DNA of 60,368 nt, filler included, from Circinaria calcarea (taxonomy: Eukaryota): the NCBI GenBank assembly GCA_051942165.1. It is 4 parts of 4 records of this genome, joined end to end, with 100 filler letters (N's around TTAATTAATTAA, not from the genome) between each part and the next. Parts side by side here need not be neighbours in the genome. Positions count along the whole stretch, not along the records: positions 45,406 to 60,368 come from JAVECS010000395.1; 3 more parts are not named here. One strand, written 5' to 3'. The translations under genes were made by a program, and so were the position numbers. Below the pieces are notes generated by a model that made no database searches, was not told the DNA's origin, and saw only the letters and a list, made by a program, of their open reading frames with translations. Below, in pieces: positions 50,146 through 60,368 of this stretch (position 1 is its first letter; every line of letters begins with the position of its first letter).

Positions 50146-51192
50146 TCACCACTCTCCCTCACCCTTTACAGCTTCATCCGCTTCCCTCGCCTTCATCAAC
50201 CTCCCCCAAACTCTCGGGAACACTGACCATCCAGAATCCTTATCCCTCTCCTATGACACTCGCTCCCATTTTCCCGCCTCAAGCAAGTACCTTTCCATCT
50301 CACGATTCAATTGACAGTTCACAACTGCAAATGACCAGACGGGATTATAAATGCCTATACCCGTCAACCACTGCACAGCCCAGGAGACACAGTAATAGGA
50401 GAGATACATACGCTGTACCAACCTAGAGATTACATCTGTGCTCGCTACATGCTCCCAGATGACCATTTCGCCTCCGGGCTTCAATAACCTATATAACTCC
50501 CTCACTACCTCCTGCGGCCGGGGAACCGAACACAGCACTTGGATACTAACCACACAGTCTACCGTACCCTCGGTAAGTCCATATCTTGACAAAGTCTCCG
50601 CTTCCTCAGTTCCGCAAGGAACGATCTCGTACACATCATCCAACTTGGCTTTCTTGACCGCTTGCCGCAAAGCGGGATGAAGAGCAAATGTGGGTTCGAC
50701 GCCATAGACTTTGGTGATGGTGCCAGAGGCAACCAAGGCCGTGAAGTGAGGGAGGTGGGAGCTAGAGCCTGGACCAATTTCGATGACAGTACCGTGAGCA
50801 GAGGAGACTAGAGCAGGGACGGCGGTAGTCTCGTCTTGCGGGCTAGGACCTGAAAGAGTCAGGTAATTAGGTGAAAGGGTGTGCCCCGAGGTTTTGGCAC
50901 GATGGCAGGCAGGATTGGGTTTGGGGGCGAAAGGGAAGCAAGAAGGGACGACAGACTGAATACCCTGAGCCACAGTTTCGCGAAGGCGCGATCGCGAAAC
51001 TTCGAGCGGGAGAGGGAGGAGAAATCGCAGGACCAGATAATATCAACAAGGACGAGGAGGGCAGCTAGAAGGAATGGGTTAAACACGTGGGCGTGCCGCT
51101 GGCAGGTGGAGTAACAGACCGTATGCGGCAAACACAAGTATCTGGAGCGGTTCGAAATATGACTGGAAACGTAGTTTTAGTTGTGGTGCCAT
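50146..51192 (-). pseudogene. METTL7/type-11 SAM-dependent methyltransferase with premature TAG at 50251-50253
   Basis: Spliced MAPQLKLRFQSYFEPL...RDRAFAKLW...GTVIEIGPGSS...VYGVEP...VDCVVSIQVLCSVP...LKPGG...EHV. After the TAG the same frame continues ERDKDSGWSVFPRVWGRLMK, the family's usual C-terminal strand, to TGA at 50146. Confidence 0.75.
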
Positions 51193-51675
51193 TCCCAGGA
51201 TTCGGTAGCTTCTATGCCAATAGTCTGGAAATAGTAGTCTTGGGATTATTGTACCCTATACCTGAAGTGTATTTTGCTAATCTTTGGAGGCAAGAATAGA
51301 AATTTTGAAGGAATCCAGGATTATTGAATAGGAATAGAACGTGACGGCCGGCGTAGGGGATAAACCGGCCCGAAACATCGATTTGGGCAAGAGATACGTT
51401 GGGTATGCCAGTTGCAGGCATGAGCAAGCCCTAGATATTTCAGAAAGCAGACTACCAAAGAAGAGAGCCTTGCCTCAACCGCACATGCCAGTTTCAAATA
51501 AGCGCTGATTCTTTGATCAGACCCATGAATGGATGCTGTGCTGGTGAAAGACGGCACGACATAGCAGTATAGAAGTACGCCGCGGATAGCAAAAACGGCT
51601 CTTGTGCTAGTGCTTACCTTAGGTTGCTATGCGGCATCGTAGTTAAACATCCGCATACAAGCAACGTCATGAAGT

Positions 51676-52940
51676 TCAAGTAACCATCATCCCCGGCATC
51701 GTCCCTGGGAGCACCCCCGGCATCTCGACGCCTCTGCCTTCGGCTCTGCCTCGCCATCGCAAGCCCTCTCTTCGCTCTTCCTCCACTTCTCTCCTCGCTT
51801 CTTCCTTCAAGTCCCTCTCGACTCTTGCTCCGCCACCCACTTCATCTGCATCAACAACATTTTTCATCCGTGGCCACAGACTTGGCACCCCTACTTGCTG
51901 CATCCTGGGCTGGACGCATCTCTCCTCAAACCACGTCCGTAGCCTTGACTCTACCACTTGGGCGATTTTAGGAACGTCCTGAAGGCGTGATCGGGAACCG
52001 AGAAGAGAACGAGTGGAGAGTGAAAGGGTGTAGGTTGGTAGGAACGAGAACGCAAGGGTGGTTGGTGTAGAAATGATCTGAGACGAGGATTCTGAGGATG
52101 CCGGCGAGGGTGAAGAGGAAGACGGTAAAAAGCTGATCGCCAAAGTTCCACAAAATCTTGCCACCGACACTGAAAGGGCAATTGGTAGAATAGCTGTCAA
52201 TGGTCTTGGATAATTGAGCACTATCTTTGTCTCCACGCCCAGAGTGATGAAATCGCTAAGGTCAACGTCCATTCGAGCTTGGAGCCTTCCGGCGCCACCA
52301 TTCTCCTCGTCCTCAACCGGATGTATGCGGCAGTTACTAAATATTGGAAAGTCTTCCCCAAGGCTTATCTCACTAACTTTGATCTCTGCCAAGAATTCGG
52401 GTTTCAGCGGCCCATTCAAGAGGCTGTTAAGAGACTTAAGTATTGCATCGTCAGCATGGGCATCTGTGCGGAACTGAGCGATTGTCTGGGCGATAAGAAC
52501 GTTGAACCAATCCAGAGACTCTGGCTGGTGGGAGTGTACATTGTAATAGGTTTTTGCGAGTATGGTAGCAGGTGTCAATATTGGGGGGGTACGAAGGACG
52601 TGTGGTGCAGAGCGTTTAGCATGAAGAGATCTCTGGGCGGATGAACTGATGGAGATGGAGCGTTTTCGGGAGGAAAGAATTGGGTCGGGAGAGGGAGCCT
52701 CGCCAAAGATGAAAAACTTGATGAAAGCGCCAATTAGGATCACGACAGAGAGTTGACCAAGGAGAAAGCCTTGAGTAAAGGACAGCCTGAAACCATATTA
52801 GCATCACTAACAAGGAGAGACTCGTCCGTACAACTCACGACGACTGCTGTGGTACATTCTGAGCTTGAGCATCTAAGAATTTCCTGTCAGTAGCTTCTGT
52901 AGGGACAGGTCAAACATCACACACTTTGCGGGGTGGTCAT
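51676..52940 (-). CDS. MMM1: ERMES subunit, maintenance of mitochondrial morphology protein 1 (two 5' introns)
   Basis: [57 protein letters not shown] and [18 protein letters not shown] (SMP domain). Confidence 0.95.
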
Positions 52941-54014
52941 GCTATCATGGCTTGAAGATCTCCCGTATTTTTCAACAGATTCGTAACCGCTTTACTATTC
53001 ACTTCATACTTGAAGATGATAGAACTGGAACGTGGTTACTGGTAACTCTGACACTGTTTCCACCGACGACGTCAGTGTGATACCCCTGAAACTAGGGCTG
53101 CAGCACTAGCCCATTGAGCTTGAGTTAGGTGAAGCTATCCCCCCCGCGGTTTGACATGTCATGCATTCTTACGGAGTACTGGTTGCAGGGGCATAAATTG
53201 TTAGCGCGGTTTCCAATCACCCCCCCCGGTATAATCAAACATATTATATAAATCTCAGGCGAAAACAGATGTTATGACAAGCCTACCGCTTAGAAATTAC
53301 TTCGATTTTTCTTATGAATTTAAAGTGTGATTTGGGCTTACTGCAGCTATTCTATTAAAAACCGCGCTAACAGCTAATATACTTGTAAACCAGTACGCAT
53401 AGCGAAACCATTTTGGATAGTCGTTAGCATCAACGTTGTAAAGAGCGATTATTGAAAGCTAGAATCTATCGTGATCCTTGAGTACTGCATTGCCCAAAAC
53501 AATGTATCTCGAGGTCTTGACACCCTCGTCATAAAGGTATCTAAGCAAATGCTACACTTCTACGAGAGCTCTGTAGACAGACAAACCCATCGTTTTCACT
53601 CCCAAGTCGCTTCAAGAAGAGTATATGAAGCAGTGCCAATAACCGAAAGTAGCTGGCCAGACACTGTGGGAATGCGAAGATTTGTACCATATGCATACAA
53701 ATTAAGTTTTGGCCTGTGGATCTCCAACGGGTACCTTGGATATAGCAGTTCTACATGATACCAATATACACCGAATTGGGACACTAGACGGACTCCAAGC
53801 CCTTTGCCTCCCAATGCCAATCGTGCACAAGACACCGGCAGAACAGGTTCTCACGCCTGACACCGTATTAGGACTTCGCAATGAAGGAAAAGCTAGCGCA
53901 GTAGCTAAGATGGGATCTCCCTTTTCTGATCGTCCTTGCCGAAACGCCTTTGGAATGCATAGTTTTGTTAAGCATTCACTCGTACAAAGAGTACTGCGAG
54001 CAAACAAAGAAGAG

Positions 54015-55325
54015 TTAGTTCTTCAGAGAGTCCCTCGTACTCTGGCTACTTGCACTAGTGACCGGGTTCGAAGTCGGTAGTCCAATGGTCTTCGATTTGG
54101 ACGTATTCATCTTGGCTACGGCATATACAATCCCACTTGCGGACCCGATAGCAATCGCTGAGACACTCGGCACCGTCACGGGAGCGTCGAAAAAGATAAG
54201 TCCGCTCAGCGCTATGGGTATCTTATTTAAAGCACCGACCATGGAGTAGGTTGCTGCCGAAGTGACACGTACACACCAAGCGGAAGTGTAGGAGATGAAA
54301 ATCGACGTGACACCAGTAATGACCATGGCGAAAATCAAGGAGTTACGTTGTTCAGGGGGAAAGTTCTTGATAAGGTTCTCCGTAGACCAGTTCTCAAGGA
54401 AGAGGGAGCAAGCGATGAGGACAGGAATGGTGAGGAGATTATTGTAGAACATTGCTGCAATAACAAGGTCAGTGAAACGTAACAGGGTTATTGGGAAACG
54501 GCAATGACTTACTATCGAAGTCTTTGAAATTGGTGAGCTTGATTCTCTTCCGCATGCCCAAAAGATATCCTGAGGTGCAGAAGCAATTGATCATCATCCA
54601 CATGTAGCCAGCATTTAGCGTCGAGATCTTTTCTGATGCGGCAGTACTGGAATGACCGTGACTTTGAAGCGCGTGCTGAATATCTGCCCATGCAGCAATC
54701 ACAGAACTGAGGACTATGAGTCCAAAGGAAAATAAGGTCATCCGTGAGATGGAGCCCCCAAACCATAACACCTCTCCATACGCGGTTATAATAATTGTAA
54801 GGTTCTTGAAGATGGTATATACGGGTATTGAGAGAAACTGGAGCGCTTTCGTGCCAGTGTATATCATTCCGACCAGGAGAAGGGAAACCGGGAACCCTAT
54901 GATTACCGTTCAGTCTGAGCGAACGGCAGTAAGACGCCATAACCTACACTTCTTGGCTTCATCTGAATTGAAGTCCCGATATGTGATAATCCCGAGGGTC
55001 TTGCAAGCCTGTATCGCAATTACACAAACAACCGCCTATCCATCTCCATAAGCCCAAAGCTAATATCCACGCACGTAGTCGAACATACCTGCACTACCAG
55101 CAGAAAGAAATTCAGATTGAAGTCTAGCCCCGACAGCACATATTTGTTGCATACGGTCATGAGGATGGATGATCCGCAATAACTAAGGATAGGAAGGATA
55201 GGATTGTTTGCGACGGAAGTGAGTGGGGGCGCAGTTGGACGTGACAGTTTGGGCGGTTCGAAATTATTACCGCTGCGGTCACCCATCTCGATGGTGTACT
55301 CATCTCTCTTTTTGACGTCTGCCAT
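54015..55325 (-). CDS. VRG4: Golgi GDP-mannose transporter, multi-exon
   Basis: [52 protein letters not shown] and the GALNK motif. Confidence 0.96.
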
Positions 55326-56455
55326 GGTGAATGTAGAGAGGTTCCTTGATATGAGATATTAGGAACGGGGCTGCCAATGCTTGAATTCGGAAGCCTGGAT
55401 TGAGATTAAAGAAGCGGGCTTCCTCCCAGAAGGAAAGATTCAGCAAATGAGCGTAATGAGGCGAAGTCGAGATGTAGCTTGCTAGACACAGGCGCACACT
55501 CAATAAGGCATCACCGGCGATGTCGTGTCATACAAGCCAATTTTCAAAGGAGTAGAATGTCGACTAAGCAATTTAATACGGAGCTAATAAAAGTACCCGA
55601 CCCCTAAAATCATCACAGCCAATCGGAAACACGATAACCCAGAGTGCTAAGCTACGCCATCCCAGTCTACGGAGTACTTTGTACATTTGAAGCTGAAGTA
55701 AGTCGGTACCATACCAAAGCCATGGCTGTAACGGCCATCATGCCTATGCGCAGGAGTGAGAAAGGAGGAATCAGGCCACTCACTCTCGAGGCAGGTCATG
55801 AGATCACGTTGCTCAAGGTCACCTTATAACGCTGGAGGTACTCAACCGGGAAGATGATGTTACCAGAACTAGCAGGAATGATACTCAATTGTACATCAGA
55901 GATTTAATAAGCAAATGCTACTCTTTCCAGACCATTGGCGTAAAGATAGCCTATGCTGTCCGATACTCTCAAATTGCGAACCTAAGAAAGCAGTCCGAGT
56001 CCGACTGGTAAGTACTGGTGTGGCCTGGCCGATTCAAGGCGCAAGGGTCGAAGGTGACTGCGGGTTTCCTGCTACTCATAAATCGGTCCATGTGGTACCA
56101 CGTAAGAAAAAATTCCGAAATAGCAACGACTGTAAACTGCTCGGAATTCCCAATCAAACGTCTATATCATTACACGTGGGTACCAACTTTCTTATCCTGT
56201 TGCCATTGAGTAATTACTCAATCCCCAGCTGGACCTCGTTCCACTGGCTATCCTGGTCGACGGCCTGTTTAAAGCTTCTCGAGATGTGGAGAAAGCATAG
56301 CATCATCAGATAATGATCTTCTTCCACTGTGGCTTGCAGCATTGGAGTACGAGCCAGAGGAATCCCAGAGCGACAAAAAGGTATGATGCCCGTAACTGGG
56401 AAATATCATGTTGCTCAGCCCCAGCTCCAGCCGTCATCTGAGTTCCTTGATGATC

Positions 56456-57900
56456 ATGTATTTTCAAAGCATAATACTCGCAGCCGCTACTTTGAGCGGG
56501 AATGCCTTTGCCAATGAAATGGGCAGCAGAGTCTAGAAGTGTAGCTGTTTTCAGCGTCGATGACTTGTACAGCAGCGATGTCACCAAATAAGTTGCGATA
56601 CGCCCAGAGCCTTCCATTGCGGCACTGCTAGCAACGGGATATGAATACACAGACACCTACACTTCAGCCCCGTCAAATTCCTTCTTAGGCGCGCTGAACG
56701 TACTCACCGGTGCCAGCCCAAGGATCACTGGTGTCTGGTACGAAGACACATACGGCCGCTCCTTCTACCCGCCGTTTTCTGTTGGTGGAGGCTCCTGCGA
56801 TGGGCCCATGGGAGCTGAGGGTTAGAGTTTCTCGCCTTGAAAGCATAAGTTTCGAGATCATGCTGACTACGTCGGTTCAGTTTTATATTACGAGAGTATA
56901 GATTTTAATGCTACCGAGCTCTTCTCTAACAACGTCAACCCTACCCATACAAACGTGCTCGCAAGCCAGTGGTAAGGAGACCGCGTATACAGATAAGCAC
57001 CTGCTTATGATCTTTTCGGGGGACCATCCGGTCAGGGCCTGACTGTGAGCTAGTTTCCTGAGATCGCAGCTGTCGCCAATACCGATAATGCTACGATCGC
57101 CTACATGTCAAAGCTGTTCTTAAGTGGATTGATGGTCAGACCCGGAGCATTCCGAGGTTCAGAGCAAGGGCTTGATCATCACTCCGGCTCTATCCGGTGG
57201 GAATTTCCAAGCTGTTAATATTGCGCAAAAGACACACGGTTACAAGAACGGCAGTCTCGACTTTACTACCGAGCTCCTCCAAGCTGTTGACTTTGTCGAT
57301 GCCTCTTTTGGCAAAGTCGTCGCAGCTCTTAAGGCGAAGAAGATCTACGACGTTACCCTAGTCATTATTGCCTCCAAACACGGTCAAGCGCCTATTGACC
57401 TCTCGCTATTCAGGAAAATCAACTCTAAGCCAGCCCCAGCTGCGACGGAGGCCAACGTGTCTTCCGTTACAACCGACGGCATTGCTTTGATCTTTCTCAG
57501 CCAATTCACTGTCGCCGCCGCCGTTGACAATTTAAACCGTGACCGCAACACCCTCCAAATCCAAGATATCATATCCCGCGAGCGCCTGACCTACCTTGGC
57601 TATGGTAACCCCAAGACCAACCCCGCGGTTCCTGAAATTATCGTGTGTCCAGAGCTGGGTATTATCTATACGACATCCAAGTCAAAGATTGCCGGGAACA
57701 TGGAGGGCTGAGCGTTGACGACAGGGAGGTGGCGTCTTTTGCGAGCAGTCCGAGGTTGAAAAGGAAGGTTGACTCCCAGTAGGTGTCAACTAGGTACGTT
57801 GCTACTACCATTTGGAAAGGTTTGGGCTTAGATCCATGTGCCTTGCATGGAGTTGTGGTTGTGGCGAGGGGACACAGCTTCTTCCCAGCTTCTGAGTCGT
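56456..57900 (+). pseudogene. decayed secreted type I phosphodiesterase / nucleotide pyrophosphatase (alkaline phosphatase superfamily)
   Basis: Signal-like MYFQSIILAAATL, VAVFSVDDL...TK(stop)VAIRP...GYEYTDTYTSAPSNSF...TGASPRITGVWY, GGNFQAV, FVDASFGKVV, ASKHGQAPID, and KIA(G)-HGG frameshifted. Several stops and frameshifts; end approximate. Confidence 0.85.
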
Positions 57901-58359
57901 TGGAAATATAAATGGATAGGTCGTGACAATACAGAAAGACATGGTGGATGGCGCTCAACTTATATTCACAGATAGATAATTGAGTACACTTTAGCTTGAG
58001 GTCGGTGTGCAGAGATCCGCATTGATGAGAGACAAATGGGCTCATTAGGTACATGATAGATCTTTCAGCTAAAAACTGAACCTTTGAGAACCTTGAAATA
58101 TTAAAATAATAAAATTTATCTACACTGAACAGGTTCTCGAAGGTTAGAGGATTGCTTTAGTGGTGTCTTCTCAGTTATTTGCTATCCCTTAACCTGTCGC
58201 TCTCGGTACAGGGGGTTTCGGCCACTAATAAGAATATTAATTGTGGCCAATCAGCGGAGAAAAAATGCAGTACAGAGTAATTTGGCGGGAGAAACTAAAA
58301 CCCGCCTCTACTAGTATAGCGTGCACGGTTCGTGCAGCCAGTCTTGTCACTAAAAGTGC

Positions 58360-58475
58360 CACGCGGGTGACAGAAAAATGCGACACAGCCCCGGTAATTA
58401 CCCCGCCACAAGCGACATTTTCCACCAACACCACATATAATTCTACACACAAATTGGATGCATGCTGTCGTGATT
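58360..58475 (+). repeat. left terminal inverted repeat (about 116 bp)
   Basis: Reverse complement of 59647-59763 with scattered mismatches, mostly transitions. Confidence 0.9.
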
Positions 58476-58492
58476 ATCTTTTAATATACGAA

Positions 58493-59604
58493 ATGATTAA
58501 TCCTCGTTCTATTACGTCTGTTTTGGAGCCTCATAATAGTCAAAAGCATTATCCTACGCCTAATAAATCGAAAGTTCAAGGCGCTTGCGAATATATGGAT
58601 GCTAAAGGCATTCCATATATGAGAGACGATGTTTTCAAGCATTTCAACATGGAAAGAAGCATCGGATACCGCATCCTGAAAGGCGAATCACGTCGAAAAC
58701 ATTAAATCAACGAAACACGTGGGCGAAAGTCAATTGTTACCCCGGAATAAATACGTGAAATGGAACAGCTTCTTGAAACCGAAAGCATGGAGGCGCGTGT
58801 ATTAACATGGCAGCAGTTAGGCATGGAAGTCAATGTGGAAGCTAGTGGCAGGACCATTCAACGTGTTATGGGCACTATGGAATATTATAAATGCATTGCA
58901 TGTCAGCGCGGCTGGGTGAGTGCTTAATTGGCCGAACGACGCGTTGAGTACGCCGAATGCATGCTGGAGCGGTATCCAGATAAGGAGGATTAAAAGCGTG
59001 TACGATTTAATGATGAAGTTCATTTTAGATAAGGCCCGCAGCATAAACTACGCATTATTCGAAAGCCTGGAATGAGATATTATAATGATTGCCTACAGCA
59101 TAACGATAACCCGAACACAAATAACGAAAAACGCTTCCATTGCTGGGCTGTAATAGAGTATAATTTCAAGTCACCAATTCACTTTTACGAGATGCCAAGT
59201 AATACCAATGGAAAAATGACACTACAGGTTTATAAAGCGCTATTCTGGAGCCTATAGTGAAGCTATGATTACAACAGAGGCAGGATTTCGTTTTAGAAGA
59301 AGACCGGGACGGTGGGCATAGAACGGGGAAAACAAATATTATACGCACGTGGAAGCAGCAAAATAGGTTAAAATCCTACTTCAATTATGACTCTTCCCCA
59401 GACCTTTCTCCTATTAAGAATTACTAGCAGCCACCGAAGCAGCATATAAAGAAATACCCTCATTGGGACGATGCAACAACCACAGGCCTTATTTATAATA
59501 GGTGGAAGACTATATCTCAGAAATTCATTAACGAGCGTGTACTACAGATGCCGGAGAGATTACAAGCTGTCATCGACAGCGAGGGCAAGATAACAGGCTA
59601 TTAG
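58493..59604 (+). pseudogene. Tc1-like DDE transposase, multiple stops and one frameshift
   Basis: ETRGRKSIVT, LTWQQLG, RTIQRVM, RVRFNDEVHF (FSDE-like), [27 protein letters not shown] (SPDL.PIEN-like) and MPERLQAVIDSEGKITGY. Confidence 0.93.
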
Positions 59605-59646
59605 AATACTGCAATTTAGTATAGCCTCAATCATAAATATACATTA

Positions 59647-59767
59647 AATCACGACAACATGCATCCAATTTGTGTGTAGAATTGTATGTGGTGTTAGTAG
59701 AAAATATCGGTTGTGGCGGGGTAATTACCGGGGCTGTGTCGCATTTTTTCTGTCACCCGCGTGAGTG
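59647..59767 (-). repeat. right terminal inverted repeat
   Basis: Ends ...CACCCGCGTGAGTG followed by CATA. Confidence 0.9.
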
Positions 59768-59958
59768 CATAGTCCACTTTCCACTACATGCAATCATTCG
59801 TTTCCTTATAAGCAGTTCAGGCTACTACTGTATTGATACCCATTCCTTTGTTTATGCTTAGTTCGGGCTTGTGTGGAAAAGCATGTAAAAGGTACATTCA
59901 AAATGAGACTGCTTTTATATCAGCTTACCTAGATCTCTAATAGCAAACACGTCTCACT

Positions 59959-60368
59959 ATGGCTCATCAACAATGGGTGAAAACCGCGATCCGAGCTCAA
60001 CCTCGACGCCATGCTCTATGCCTCCGACCTAGGCCACCAGAAGCTCGTTATGCCTCATCTTTTGCCGACCTTCGATTGGAGATGATGTCGCGTCAATTCC
60101 CTCTTCTATACGATTATCTCACACCAGTCAACAACCACCTACTCGGCCATAATCTTGCAGAATTCCTTCCGCCCCGCCTGAAACCCATCCCATCAAAGCT
60201 CCCCTACTCAAACGCTTTCTATCCGGGCCGTCACCTGGTTCACTTTCCACCCGTCAACCCACCATCGTCTCTTCTGCCAGATGGAACAGACCCCGGACAA
60301 TCTCCCGGAGATCCTTACGTTCGTCGAATGTGGGCTGGTGGAAAGCTCCAAGTCAGAAACACCGTTGA
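59959..60368 (+). CDS. HTD2: mitochondrial 3-hydroxyacyl-thioester dehydratase, 5' part (runs off the window)
   Basis: Open frame MAHQQWVKTAIRAQPRR... (Arg-rich presequence), YDYLTP, HLVHFPP and LLPDGTDPGQSPGDPYVRRMWAGG. Confidence 0.85.
   Translation, partial: MAHQQWVKTAIRAQPRRHALCLRPRPPEARYASSFADLRLEMMSRQFPLLYDYLTPVNNHLLGHNLAEFLPPRLKPIPSKLPYSNAFYPGRHLVHFPPVNPPSSLLPDGTDPGQSPGDPYVRRMWAGGKLQVRNTV

Larger units (their letters stand above)
58360..59767 (+). mobile_element. Tc1/mariner DNA transposon, about 1.4 kb, inactive
   Basis: Long inverted repeats 58360-58475 and 59647-59763 (CACGCGGGTGACAGAAAAATGCGACACAGCCCCGGTAATTACCCCGCCACAA...) flank a broken DDE transposase. Confidence 0.93.

Noticed and set aside
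1..60368. tRNA, rRNA, snoRNA or CRISPR arrays
   Set aside because: No cloverleaf, rRNA-like segment, convincing C/D box pair or repeat-spacer array was seen by eye. tRNAscan-SE or Infernal would be needed to exclude small ncRNAs.

Overview
Intron-containing genomic DNA of a filamentous ascomycete (Pezizomycotina-type genes, GT-AG introns of about 45-150 nt, RIP-like mutation). The window is not one locus. It is four pieces of 15046, 15031, 15028 and 14963 bp joined by an artificial 100-nt linker (N44-TTAATTAATTAA-N44), so adjacency across the linkers means nothing. Piece 1 (1-15046): Pth11-like membrane protein, alpha/beta hydrolase, MTHFR, URA5, NOG1, Cdc25-like rhodanese and a truncated Pro-rich ORF. 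Piece 2 (15147-30177) looks accessory. It holds a frameshifted WW-repeat pseudogene, a CorA-like protein, an orphan gene broken by in-frame TAG/TAA stops and an orphan tail-anchored protein. It also holds the best candidate novelty: a small secreted, cysteine-free NucA/NucB (ComI)-like nuclease transcribed head-to-head with an unknown cytoplasmic 179-aa protein, a possible fungal nuclease toxin/immunity pair, next to the last exon of kinesin-1. Piece 3 (30278-45305): DUS1, DENN/ANR2-like protein, S1/P1 nuclease, small GAIG-repeat protein, MIF-like protein, POA1, MFS transporter and a truncated gene. Piece 4 (45406-60368): PH-LRR protein, METTL7-like methyltransferase with a premature stop, MMM1, GDP-mannose transporter, phosphodiesterase pseudogene, mutated Tc1/mariner transposon with about 116-bp TIRs, and the 5' part of HTD2. 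All family assignments come from motif recognition by eye; no database search was run.
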